A DNA stretch of 43,180 nucleotides from positions 1 to 43,180 of the forward strand of contig DVJT01000106.1 of assembly GCA_018716565.1 (NCBI GenBank), written 5' to 3'. The notes under the pieces were generated by a model. That model ran no database searches. It was not told where the DNA came from and saw only the letters and a program-made list of their open reading frames with translations. Shown here piece by piece: positions 24,023 through 32,941 of this stretch. A program made the translations under genes and the position numbers. How positions within the stretch are numbered: position 1 is the stretch's first letter; each line of letters starts with the position of its first letter. The stretch is from Candidatus Avigastranaerophilus faecigallinarum. GTDB lineage: Bacteria > Cyanobacteriota > Vampirovibrionia > Gastranaerophilales > Gastranaerophilaceae.

Positions 24023-25621
24023 ATGAATTTTTTACAAAAATTATTTAATATAAGGAAACAAGATGAACCGCAAGCCAGAGCATATCCTCTCGGCAGTTTA
24101 TTTGGTTTTACTTTTGACGGCGAACTTGAACCCGGAGCTTTAAGTTCAACATATCTTTATGATGTAGACTATTATAAACTTGCCGAAAGAGCTTATACTC
24201 TTGTTGCTACAAATGAGTTTGCTCAAATTTTAGTTTCAAGGTTAACTGAATTTGTAGTAGGTACCGGGTTGAGATTATACCCTCAACCTATGAAAGATTT
24301 ACTTACACGCAAATTTAAAATAAATCTGCCCAATAATTTTACAAAGCAAATACAAGACATATGGAACTTAATTGAAGAAGATAAAAATATTTCAATTACA
24401 AAAGATCAAAACATACACTCTTTAGCTAAAACAGTTTATTATAACGGTTGGATAGCCGGTGATGTTTTAATAATAAAAAGAGTAGTTGACGGAAATATTG
24501 AACTTCAAGTCGTAAACGGACTGGCAGTAAGGTCAAGTTCTCCATATGCTAAAGGCTCAAATAATAAAATAATCGACGGTGTGGAAATTAACAAAAATGA
24601 AGAACCAGTTGCTTATTATGTTATCGACAAAGATGGTAAAGAACAAAGAATACCGGCAAGAGATAGCAAAGGAAGATTAATATCCTGGCTTGTTCCTATC
24701 GGAATAAAACGACTGAACACAACAAGAGCTTATTCAAGATTCGGAGTTATACTTCAAAAACTTCATAAAATCGGGCAATATTCAAATTCTGAAATTATTG
24801 CAGCTGAAACAAATTCTAAATTTGCCGTTGTTGTAGAACAGGAAAAAGAATCATCAGGTGTAAATCCTTTAAAAAATCTCCCCGGATTTTCAAGAAGTAT
24901 TCAAAATGATCTTTCAAATGTTCCGATTAACAGCACAGAAGATAAAAAAGCCGTTCATGATTTTAAAATGAATTTAAAAAGAGTTGCTTCCGCATTATCT
25001 ATATTTCTTCCTAAGGGGCAAAAATTATCGTCTTTTGATACAAAAAGACCTAATACAAACTATACGGCATTTGTTGACGGCTCAATGAAATATATTTGTG
25101 CTGCCTGCGAAATACCGTTTGAAGTTGCATTAATGACATTTTCAAATAATTTTTCTGCCTCAAGAGCTTCATTAAAAATGTTTGAAGTAATTCTTGAATA
25201 TGTAAGAAAAAATACCATTGTAGATTACTTTTATCAAATAGTTTATTCTCAAATTTTTGAAATTGCCTGCCTTCAAGGGTATATTCAGGCTCCTAAATAT
25301 CTTGAGTTAAAAAATGACAAAGGATTTATGGATAATGCATATACAAAAGCAAAGTTTGTAGGTGTAAAAATACCGCATATTGATGAAGTAAAAGAAGTTA
25401 ATGCTGTACTTTCAAAATTAAAAGGCGGTTTAACCACGTTTGAACAGGCTCTTGAAACTCTCGGGATTTCAATTGATTTTGATTCTTTAATAGAAACAAG
25501 ACAACGTGAAGAACAAAGAATAAAAGAATCAGGATTGAAATTTGAAACACTATTTGCTCCCGATAACGGAGGATCAAGTGATGATGACACAGAACCCGAT
25601 CAAAAGCGAGTTAAAAATTAA
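24023..25621 (+). CDS. Portal protein, lambda family
   Basis: 532 aa. Position is after gpW, with lambda-B-like layout and an acidic C-terminus. Confidence 0.8.
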   Translation: MNFLQKLFNIRKQDEPQARAYPLGSLFGFTFDGELEPGALSSTYLYDVDYYKLAERAYTLVATNEFAQILVSRLTEFVVGTGLRLYPQPMKDLLTRKFKINLPNNFTKQIQDIWNLIEEDKNISITKDQNIHSLAKTVYYNGWIAGDVLIIKRVVDGNIELQVVNGLAVRSSSPYAKGSNNKIIDGVEINKNEEPVAYYVIDKDGKEQRIPARDSKGRLISWLVPIGIKRLNTTRAYSRFGVILQKLHKIGQYSNSEIIAAETNSKFAVVVEQEKESSGVNPLKNLPGFSRSIQNDLSNVPINSTEDKKAVHDFKMNLKRVASALSIFLPKGQKLSSFDTKRPNTNYTAFVDGSMKYICAACEIPFEVALMTFSNNFSASRASLKMFEVILEYVRKNTIVDYFYQIVYSQIFEIACLQGYIQAPKYLELKNDKGFMDNAYTKAKFVGVKIPHIDEVKEVNAVLSKLKGGLTTFEQALETLGISIDFDSLIETRQREEQRIKESGLKFETLFAPDNGGSSDDDTEPDQKRVKN

Positions 25622-25647
25622 TTGTTTACAGATAGGAGATTAAAATT

Positions 25648-26112
25648 ATGGCACAACTTAAAGTTTCTGATTTATCAAAAGAGGAACAGGAAAAAATTTT
25701 ACGGGATGCGGCAGACGTAGGTTTAAAAGGTGTATTTGACAACTGGGGAGTAGAAAAATTAAAAAAGAGAATTGAGGCAATGAAAAATATACAAAATAAA
25801 GACAATTCAGAAAACACAGATAAAATTCCTGTCGAAAACAAAGAAGAAAACGTTTCTGAAAATGCCGGGGATGATTCTGAGGAAAACAAAGAAGAAAACG
25901 CTTCTGAAAATGCCGGGGATGATTCTGAGGAAAACAAAGAAGAAAATACTTCTGAAAATGCCGGGGATGATTCTGCTGAAAATAAAGAAGAAAATACATA
26001 TGAAGAAAATCTTAAACCTGAAAAGCCCGAGAAGGCAGGAATATGTCATATTTGCCGAAGCAAAGTTATAAACGGCAAATGCAGCGGTTGCGGTTATCAA
26101 TGGAGAATTTAA
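25648..26112 (+). CDS. Acidic tandem-repeat protein with a C-terminal zinc ribbon (154 aa)
   Basis: Three and a partial copies of ENKEENxSENAGDDSE, then CHICRSKVINGKCSGCGY. GGAG RBS. Confidence 0.6.
   Translation: MAQLKVSDLSKEEQEKILRDAADVGLKGVFDNWGVEKLKKRIEAMKNIQNKDNSENTDKIPVENKEENVSENAGDDSEENKEENASENAGDDSEENKEENTSENAGDDSAENKEENTYEENLKPEKPEKAGICHICRSKVINGKCSGCGYQWRI
25834..25998 (+). repeat. 48-nt tandem repeat, three full copies plus a partial copy, in-frame
   Basis: Units at 25834-25881, 25882-25929 and 25930-25977, with a partial unit after that. Copies differ at 1-3 nt. Confidence 0.9.
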
Positions 26113-26115
26113 GTA

Positions 26116-26763
26116 ATGGCAATTAAAATAAAAGGTGTTATTGGCTATGATGTTGTCGGCAGTGAATTTTCCGATCGAATTTCAAAACTGACGGGAGATA
26201 TTGAATTTGAAATAGATTCACCCGGCGGTAGTGTTTTTCATGGGATATCAATATACAATGCCATAAAAAACTACAACAGAGGGAAATGCACAATGCATGT
26301 AGTAGGTGATTGTTCTTCAATGGCAGCTTATATCATGTTAGCAGGAGACGGTCCTGTTTTGTTTGAACCGAATTCTATTGTAATACTTCATAATCCTTGG
26401 AGTTTTGCTTCAGGAGATTATAGAAGAATGCAAAAAGAGGCTTCTGTTTTAGAGCAGCTTTCCGCACTTTATGCAAAAGCATTTGTAGAAAGAGAATTGT
26501 TTGAAGAAAAAGAAATCCGACAGATTATGGATAACGAAACCTGGTTTATCGGAGCTGAAAAACTTAAAAAACTGGGTAAGGTTCTTGGTACTTCAAATAA
26601 TGCATCAGATGATGGAATGATTTCCGAAGAAATAAAAATAGCAGCTTGCAGAGAAAGAATTGAAGATGCAAAAGCTGTTATCAAGTCTTTAAAAGAAGAA
26701 AATATTGAAAAAATAGCAGCATTAATACCAAATATAGAATTGAAGCAGGCTAATAAAATTTAA
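26116..26763 (+). CDS. ClpP-like (S14) head maturation protease
   Basis: IDSPGGSVFHGISIYNAIKNY ... GDCSSMAAYIMLAGD ... ILHNPW. Confidence 0.8.
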   Translation: MAIKIKGVIGYDVVGSEFSDRISKLTGDIEFEIDSPGGSVFHGISIYNAIKNYNRGKCTMHVVGDCSSMAAYIMLAGDGPVLFEPNSIVILHNPWSFASGDYRRMQKEASVLEQLSALYAKAFVERELFEEKEIRQIMDNETWFIGAEKLKKLGKVLGTSNNASDDGMISEEIKIAACRERIEDAKAVIKSLKEENIEKIAALIPNIELKQANKI

Positions 26764-26811
26764 AAAATATATAATCCGATAATTTCAAAACAACAAAAAG
26801 GAGAAAATAAA

Positions 26812-27207
26812 ATGTTTAAAACAATTGACGAATTTAAAGCCCAATGCCCCGAAATTTACAACGGAGTAAAAGATGATGGTAAAAATATCGGGATTCAAGA
26901 AGAAAAGACAAGAGTTAATTCTCTCATTCCTTTTCTTGATATCGATAAAAAAGCAACTATTACGGCAATTATCAATGGAAAAACAATAGCAGATCAAGAA
27001 TTTCAATCTGCTATTCTTATGGCAAAAGTTAAAAGTCAAGAAATTCAAACAATGCAGCAGGAGAATCCGCCGTCAATAGACCCAAAAGCAGAAACACATG
27101 CTCCTGAAAGTCCAAAAGAAGAATTAAATGCAGAAATTGAACAAAAACAAAAAGAAAAAGAAGAAAAAACAGTGAACAATATTCTTGCACGTTTAGGATT
27201 AAAATAG
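26812..27207 (+). CDS. Putative scaffolding protein (131 aa)
   Basis: Position between the protease and the decoration/capsid genes. Helical, charged C-terminus. Confidence 0.4.
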   Translation: MFKTIDEFKAQCPEIYNGVKDDGKNIGIQEEKTRVNSLIPFLDIDKKATITAIINGKTIADQEFQSAILMAKVKSQEIQTMQQENPPSIDPKAETHAPESPKEELNAEIEQKQKEKEEKTVNNILARLGLK

Positions 27208-27208
27208 C

Positions 27209-27321
27209 GTAATTGCGTAGAGTGAGCGAAGCGAAACTCGAAAAGGCAACAACCCGACGAAACGGAAAAAGCCAATAGGCTTTTGAAGTAGAGTTGCAGG
27301 GGGTGTGCCTGAAGCAATTAC
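27209..27321. other. Purine-rich, GC-enriched non-coding island closed by the 8-bp inverted repeat GTAATTGC / GCAATTAC
   Basis: 27209-27216 pairs with 27314-27321. Internal hairpin AAAAGCC-aata-GGCTTTT (27267-27284). Direct repeat GTAGAGT at 27217 and 27288. Confidence 0.4.
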
Positions 27322-27355
27322 AAGATATCGAAATCGTTCATCTAATATACAAACC

Positions 27356-27378
27356 GAGGGCTTTGCCCTCTTTTTTTT
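27356..27378 (+). terminator. Strong intrinsic terminator inside the head-gene operon
   Basis: GAGGGC-ttt-GCCCTC followed by T8. It ends 18 nt before the decoration-protein ATG. Confidence 0.75.
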
Positions 27379-27395
27379 AATTGAAAGGAAAAAAT

Positions 27396-27821
27396 ATGAA
27401 AGTTGATAATTCAAAAATATTTTATAACGGTCAATACGCAGAAATTGATATTGTAGTTCCTGCTAAAACAACTTATAAAGCAGGAACTGTTTTAGGTCGC
27501 AGATCAGACGGAAAACTTACTGCATTTACAACAGATAACAATATTGCAGCACAAGAAGAAGACGGAGAAACACCGGCAGTAGCGGAATTTAAAACACAAC
27601 CGCTTTATATACTTGCTCAAACGGTTACTAATGAAGAAACATCAGAAGCAGAGCTTCCAATGGTAAGAGTTTTTGATGGCGGTGAAGTCAATAAAAATAA
27701 ACTTATATTCATTAAAGAAGCTGATGCATCAGATAACAATGTTCTTGATGCACTGCATACAAATGGTTTTTCTCTTGAAAATGTTGTGGATTTATCTGAA
27801 GACACTTGCTTACAGGAATAA
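27396..27821 (+). CDS. Head decoration protein, gpD-like
   Basis: Position immediately upstream of the gpE-like capsid gene. Size is ~141 aa. YKAGTVLGRRSDGKLTAF motif. The start was moved to the ATG at 27396. Confidence 0.5.
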   Translation: MKVDNSKIFYNGQYAEIDIVVPAKTTYKAGTVLGRRSDGKLTAFTTDNNIAAQEEDGETPAVAEFKTQPLYILAQTVTNEETSEAELPMVRVFDGGEVNKNKLIFIKEADASDNNVLDALHTNGFSLENVVDLSEDTCLQE

Positions 27822-27840
27822 TAAAGAAAGGAAATAAAAA

Positions 27841-28905
27841 ATGGATTCAGTATTAAGAAAAGTTGTTGATATTGGCTTTGATAAAAAAATCGAACCATCT
27901 ACTTTTTTGGCAAATTTTTATGAAGTAGAAGAACTCGATACTTTAGAAGTAGAAATTCATGGAAGAAGTGTAAAAAACACTTATTCAGTTGATGTTGAAC
28001 TTGGAACCGGCGGTCGAAAAGTAGAAATGGGTTCTTTTGACCGTAAATCTTTTGTTGTTCCGGAGTATAATGATTATACGGTTATTACAGAAAAAGACCT
28101 TGCAAAAATTAATTTCGGACAATCCCCTTATGATATATATATGGCAAGATTAGCCGATATGATTCTTTACCGTCAAAGTATTATTTCACTGATGCATAGA
28201 AATGCCGAAGAAAAGCAGGCTTCTGACGGTTTATTCTACGGACAAATTGCATGGTCTGACGGAACTAAAATTGAATTAAACAAAAAAGAAAGCCATTCGA
28301 TTGGTGTTACAAACAAATGGGGAAGCAGTGATTCGGATCCTGATGCAGATATTGAAAATGCTTGTAAAATTGCCATTACAGACGGCAGTCTTTCAGATTC
28401 TCAATTTAATCTTATTATGGAAAGCAGTGTATGGAGTGCTTATAAATCTAATGAAAAAGTTAAAAACTCCTCAAATTGGAATAACGGAATTAAAAGAACA
28501 GATATTAATATGCCGGAAGAAAAAACACCCGGAGCATTCTTCCATGGTCAAAAATCTTGCGGTTCTTATACTATAAATTTATGGACTTATGAAAAAGCAT
28601 ATGAAATCCCCAAAGGTTTCGGATTTGACAATGAAGGTAAAAAACAAACATATATCCCAAAGGGCGGAGCTCTTTTATTGCCGATGAAACCCGAGTTTAA
28701 AAGATATTACGGTGCAATTAATGACACAAATGTAAAATCAAATATTCCCGGGGCTTTGTTAAACCTAATGAAAAGACAGCAGGTTCCTTATGCTTACGAT
28801 GTTTTGAAAAAAGGAAGTGCGTTCATTGAAGTAGGTGTTAAATCAAGACCTCTTTTAATTCCTTGTGATATGGATTGTTTTGTAACATTTAAGGATTTAA
28901 CTTAA
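27841..28905 (+). CDS. Major capsid protein, lambda gpE family
   Basis: 354 aa. N-terminal ...PSTFLANFY and C-terminal ...PLLIPCDMDCFVTFK parallel lambda gpE (DPLFLRLFF ... PLMLLADPDEFVSVQ). Confidence 0.72.
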   Translation: MDSVLRKVVDIGFDKKIEPSTFLANFYEVEELDTLEVEIHGRSVKNTYSVDVELGTGGRKVEMGSFDRKSFVVPEYNDYTVITEKDLAKINFGQSPYDIYMARLADMILYRQSIISLMHRNAEEKQASDGLFYGQIAWSDGTKIELNKKESHSIGVTNKWGSSDSDPDADIENACKIAITDGSLSDSQFNLIMESSVWSAYKSNEKVKNSSNWNNGIKRTDINMPEEKTPGAFFHGQKSCGSYTINLWTYEKAYEIPKGFGFDNEGKKQTYIPKGGALLLPMKPEFKRYYGAINDTNVKSNIPGALLNLMKRQQVPYAYDVLKKGSAFIEVGVKSRPLLIPCDMDCFVTFKDLT

Positions 28906-29279
28906 TGCATGATATTCATCAATTGTTAAATCATCATAAGAATACCGTATTTTTTGAAAAGGGTAATGCCTCGGTTGATTGTAAATTAAGACCTCCCTCT
29001 TATGAAAATGAATATCCGATGAAAGGTTTTACATCTTTCATCGGATTAACAATTACAGAATCAGGGATGGGAGTTTTTGCTGATAGTTTTGAACTTACCG
29101 TAAACATTGATGATGTTTTAAAATACACTTCAAAATTACCGGCAAAAGGCTGGGGCATTTCTGTTAAACTTCCACAGCTTCAATATAAAGAATATTCTTT
29201 TTATGTTGAAAGTGCTGCCATAGACAGAACAATCGGAATATGCCTGCTAAAATGTTCACGAAGCAATAAAGGTATATAA
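28905..29279 (+). CDS. Hypothetical head-tail connector region protein (124 aa)
   Basis: Assigned by position only. Confidence 0.4.
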   Translation: MHDIHQLLNHHKNTVFFEKGNASVDCKLRPPSYENEYPMKGFTSFIGLTITESGMGVFADSFELTVNIDDVLKYTSKLPAKGWGISVKLPQLQYKEYSFYVESAAIDRTIGICLLKCSRSNKGI

Positions 29280-29282
29280 TTT

Positions 29283-29966
29283 ATGGCTATTCAAGAAATA
29301 ATAAGACCTATGAATAAAGTTCTTGTTCGTGATGCAATTTGTGAGATGATTGCAAAAGAACGGGATAATCAAATAGAGATATACAGCAGCAAACTTTCCT
29401 CTGATTTCAACGAATCAGAGGAATTAAATTATTTCATAGAACAAAATGTAAATTTTAATATTTACCCTAAACGTTTTCGTTTTCCTGAAATAAATGAACT
29501 GCCCTGTGTATTTGTTTATTTTAACGAAGCTAAAATTCCTCCTGAAGAACAAAATCTTTATGAAAATTTTTTCAATTATAATCTTCAGGTTGAATATTAT
29601 ACAGGCGGTATTAATGAAGAAGATGAAGATATGCTTTTATATACTGCCGACGAAAAAGCATCAGACAGGTTTGATTATTTAACCTCACAATTATATAACA
29701 TATTATTTTCTGAACCTTCAAATGTCTATAATTCTACAGATAATCTCGTTAAGAAATGGGAACTATCGGAATGGAAAAGAGTTTTTCAATCAAGAGATGC
29801 GAATTCTTCTGAAAGCATACTGGGAGGAATGTTTATTGTTAATGTCGGAATTGAAGAACCTACATTTTATCAAAACACATTTTCCATAAATGAATTTTAT
29901 TCAAAATTGAAAATAAGAGATGAATTTTGTCATCAAATTCTTAATGTAATACAAAAGGAGATTTAA
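29283..29966 (+). CDS. Hypothetical head-tail connector region protein (227 aa)
   Basis: Assigned by position only. Confidence 0.4.
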   Translation: MAIQEIIRPMNKVLVRDAICEMIAKERDNQIEIYSSKLSSDFNESEELNYFIEQNVNFNIYPKRFRFPEINELPCVFVYFNEAKIPPEEQNLYENFFNYNLQVEYYTGGINEEDEDMLLYTADEKASDRFDYLTSQLYNILFSEPSNVYNSTDNLVKKWELSEWKRVFQSRDANSSESILGGMFIVNVGIEEPTFYQNTFSINEFYSKLKIRDEFCHQILNVIQKEI

Positions 29967-29970
29967 TATT

Positions 29971-31497
29971 ATGACAATAACAACTTCACTTGAACCGGGA
30001 GCAATTGCATCTGCAACAAGTGTATCGGTAAAACAAAAGAACGAACAAAACACAGCAAATTTAAGACCTGAAATTATCGTTGCAATAGGACAGGCTCAAA
30101 CGGGGAAAACAGTTACAGAAAATAAATTATTTTATGCCTCGGGGAATGCAGATGATATAGGTGTAACCTGCGGATTCGGTTCACCTTTGCATAGAATGGC
30201 AAAAAAATTATTTCCAAAAGCCGGAAACGGTTCTAAAGTCGACACTTATTTCATTGTTTTAGAAGCCCCTTCAACTGCAAAAGAAGAAATTAAAACATTA
30301 ACGGTTAAAGTCCAGGAATCAATAAAAAAATCATTTAACGGATATTTTATCTTAAATGATTTAATCTTTGAAGCGGCTGCCGATGTTGCTGCTAAAGTCG
30401 CAACAAACGCACATAACAATCCGGCAAAAGCTCCGAGAGGTATTGTACTGAATTCTTTTGAAAAAACTTACATTCCGTTTAATTTAACAAAAGGCATGAC
30501 GGCAAAAGAAGCAGCAGAAGCATTAAAAGAAGCACTTGAAGATTATATTGAGCTTCCTTTTGAAACAGCATTGGGAGAAACAGACGGCAGTCTTGTTCTT
30601 ACTGCGAAATGGAAAGGTTCTGATTCTTTTTTTGAATTTAATATCACAAACGAAGATGAAGAAAACATTGATGCTTCAATTTACGGAGTTTCTTTTGAAA
30701 CGGTGAGAACGCAAGAATCATCCGGTATCGGTTCTGTTACCGATGAAACTCTTGCTTTATTAAATAAAGAACTCGGAGTTACAAGGGTTATCTCTCAATA
30801 CGCAACAACAACAGTACTTGATAAATTACAAGAACATTTTGATGCATTCCATGATGGACTTATAGCTCAATATGTAATTTGCTATTCTGCAATACAAGCT
30901 CCTGAATCTGAAACAAATAAAGGAACATGGGATATTACAAAACTTGTTGAAGAAGGCAATAAAAGAAAAGATGATTTCGTAAACGTACAATTGGTAGGTG
31001 ATTTTAAAAATTTAAGAAAACTTGAATACAGAGAAATCAACAAACTTGTAAAGGCAGGTTATTCTTATCTGCTTCAAAAAGCAGACGGTTCTTATAAAAT
31101 AATGGATTTAGTTTCATTTTATCATCCGGATAATAAAACAAATCCACTGTTCAGATATGACAGAGATATTACTGCAATTGGAAATATAACATACCACTTT
31201 ATGAAAATGAAAGAAGATGAAGAATGGGAATCAATAATTTTAGTAGGCAAGAATGATCTTACCACAAATCCTTATGCTAGGACTTTAGATGATATAAAAG
31301 CAAAAATTAACAGCGGTATAAGTTATTTAGGACAAGCAGGTTTAATTGCAAATTACGCTGAAGCACAAAAGAATACAAAATTGGAAATTGATTCAATAAA
31401 TCCAAACAGAATAAATATTAATCCGGACTTTGATTTAACAGGCGTCGGAAGAATATATGATTTAACGAATTTTATCGGATTTAACACAAAAGGATAG
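29971..31497 (+). CDS. Putative contractile tail sheath protein
   Basis: 508 aa, directly upstream of a ~125-aa tube-sized gene, the chaperone and the tape measure. A Mu-like baseplate lies downstream. Confidence 0.6.
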   Translation: MTITTSLEPGAIASATSVSVKQKNEQNTANLRPEIIVAIGQAQTGKTVTENKLFYASGNADDIGVTCGFGSPLHRMAKKLFPKAGNGSKVDTYFIVLEAPSTAKEEIKTLTVKVQESIKKSFNGYFILNDLIFEAAADVAAKVATNAHNNPAKAPRGIVLNSFEKTYIPFNLTKGMTAKEAAEALKEALEDYIELPFETALGETDGSLVLTAKWKGSDSFFEFNITNEDEENIDASIYGVSFETVRTQESSGIGSVTDETLALLNKELGVTRVISQYATTTVLDKLQEHFDAFHDGLIAQYVICYSAIQAPESETNKGTWDITKLVEEGNKRKDDFVNVQLVGDFKNLRKLEYREINKLVKAGYSYLLQKADGSYKIMDLVSFYHPDNKTNPLFRYDRDITAIGNITYHFMKMKEDEEWESIILVGKNDLTTNPYARTLDDIKAKINSGISYLGQAGLIANYAEAQKNTKLEIDSINPNRININPDFDLTGVGRIYDLTNFIGFNTKG

Positions 31498-31505
31498 GAG
31501 GCAGA

Positions 31506-31883
31506 ATGCGACTTGGTGATGCAATATCATTAACTATTGACGGAACAAAATTTGCGATTCCGAAAGATACAGAACCTATGATTTCTGAAGGAGGAGAAGT
31601 TATAACTGAAACACAAACTTACGGAGACGGCAGTGCAGACGCTTATGTTTCAATCGAACTTGCAAAAATTACAGGATTAAAAGTAAAACTTAACGATTTA
31701 AACAGAGATATTTTTAAAGAAAAGAGGGGAAAAACCGATATTCCTTTTGTTCTTCAATGTGTTACCGGCACATTTGAAATAACAGGCTGTATTGTCGGCG
31801 ATACCGGCTATTCTGCAACAAAAGCCGTAACTGACGAATTTGAAGTACATTGTACTGACGGAACCGGCATTAGAAGGTCATAA
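31506..31883 (+). CDS. Putative tail tube protein
   Basis: Size and position after the sheath gene. Confidence 0.5.
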   Translation: MRLGDAISLTIDGTKFAIPKDTEPMISEGGEVITETQTYGDGSADAYVSIELAKITGLKVKLNDLNRDIFKEKRGKTDIPFVLQCVTGTFEITGCIVGDTGYSATKAVTDEFEVHCTDGTGIRRS

Positions 31884-31896
31884 AAGAGGTAAAACA

Positions 31897-32337
31897 ATGA
31901 CAGAAATAAGAAAAATAATGGAAAAAGAAAATGCCTTAAAGGTCATTGATGAAATTAAAAATAAACTTTTTCAAGTGGATTTAGATGATATCTGCGAAGA
32001 AAAAATAGATGTTGAAGAAAAAAATAATAAAGCCAAAATTTTTAAATACCTTATTCAAGGTGTTATGACAGGTTTGGTTTATTATGACGATGAAAAACAA
32101 TGTCTTGTTCAAAAACTTATTCATCCTTTGATTTCAGGCGATATTAAAAAAGAGGCTTTATATTACAAAAATGATATTACTCTTGAAGATTCAAAAAGTT
32201 TTAATGCTGAAAATCAAGCCGACTTAATGATACATTCAATAGCACATATCACAGCAAACGGAACACAGGTAATAGGACAGCTTAAAAAGAATGATTTAAA
32301 TATTGCTGCTGCATGTACAAGTTTTTTCGACAAATAG
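31897..32337 (+). CDS. Tail assembly chaperone (short form)
   Basis: AAGAGG RBS precedes the ATG at 31897. Acidic ~146-aa protein located before the tape measure. A slippery heptamer lies near its 3' end. Confidence 0.55.
   Translation: MTEIRKIMEKENALKVIDEIKNKLFQVDLDDICEEKIDVEEKNNKAKIFKYLIQGVMTGLVYYDDEKQCLVQKLIHPLISGDIKKEALYYKNDITLEDSKSFNAENQADLMIHSIAHITANGTQVIGQLKKNDLNIAAACTSFFDK
32322..32328 (+). other. Candidate -1 programmed frameshift site T_TTT_TTC; the -1 frame stays open to the TAA at 32484-32486
   Basis: An X_XXY_YYZ heptamer lies in the zero frame 3 codons before the stop. The -1 frame encodes RQIALFIGLYYSDILLQNGWETVTGANKLTISDLVIHGNRCKKINTKLNQMK. Confidence 0.45.
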
Positions 32338-32468
32338 CATTATTTATCGGACTTTATTATTCTGATATTCTTTTGCAAAACGGTTGGGAAACGGTTACAG
32401 GAGCCAATAAATTAACTATAAGTGATTTGGTTATACATGGAAATCGGTGTAAAAAAATTAATACAAAA

Positions 32469-32912
32469 TTAAACCAAATGAAGTAAATTTAACAAATTGG
32501 AAGCAATCTCAAAATCATTCTTGTTTAATTTGTTAATAATATTATCATTACAAGCAAAAAGAAATGATAAATATCTTTTATCATTTTTCTCTAAATCTGT
32601 TTCATTTTTATATTTATCTATAAGGTCAAGAGTTATAATATTTTGCATATATAATCGGTCAATTACCCCAATATCGGTTTTAACCGGAACAGACAAATAT
32701 AAAACAGGGCAATTTGATACTTTATCATAATTAAGCTGTTTATTATCAATTGCATAAACAAGATTATTTATTATTTCTTTTTGTCTTTCTTTTGTATAAA
32801 AATTTCTAAAATTATCTGATAAATACCAACATGCAGTATTACAGTCAGAACTTAATATTTTGTCTGATATACAAGCACAAATATTTTTAAAAATCTTTTC
32901 AACAGTGTTCAT
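32469..32912 (-). CDS. Reverse-strand cargo gene (147 aa, Cys-containing, unknown function)
   Basis: It almost exactly fills a ~600-nt gap that has no plus-strand ORF. It is the only minus-strand gene between 19213 and the window end. No SD is visible. Confidence 0.5.
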   Translation of the reverse strand: MNTVEKIFKNICACISDKILSSDCNTACWYLSDNFRNFYTKERQKEIINNLVYAIDNKQLNYDKVSNCPVLYLSVPVKTDIGVIDRLYMQNIITLDLIDKYKNETDLEKNDKRYLSFLFACNDNIINKLNKNDFEIASNLLNLLHLV

Positions 32913-32941
32913 ATTTTAAGTTTAACATATAAAGGAGAAAA

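Noticed and set aside
25834-25998. Tandem repeats as a CRISPR array
   Set aside because: The units are contiguous with no spacers, are in-frame coding sequence and have no cas genes nearby.
25626-26100. Stack of minus-strand and alternative-frame ORFs (25626..25937, 25658..25999, 25807..26100, 25862..26071)
   Set aside because: They are artefacts of the 48-nt tandem repeat, which keeps several frames open. Only the plus-strand frame with an RBS at 25648 and a zinc-ribbon end is plausible.
26785-27414. Minus-strand ORFs crossing the 27.2-kb island (26785..27048, 27045..27317, 27199..27414)
   Set aside because: They lie opposite the late operon, have no RBS and run through a terminator hairpin. 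Their composition is an artefact.
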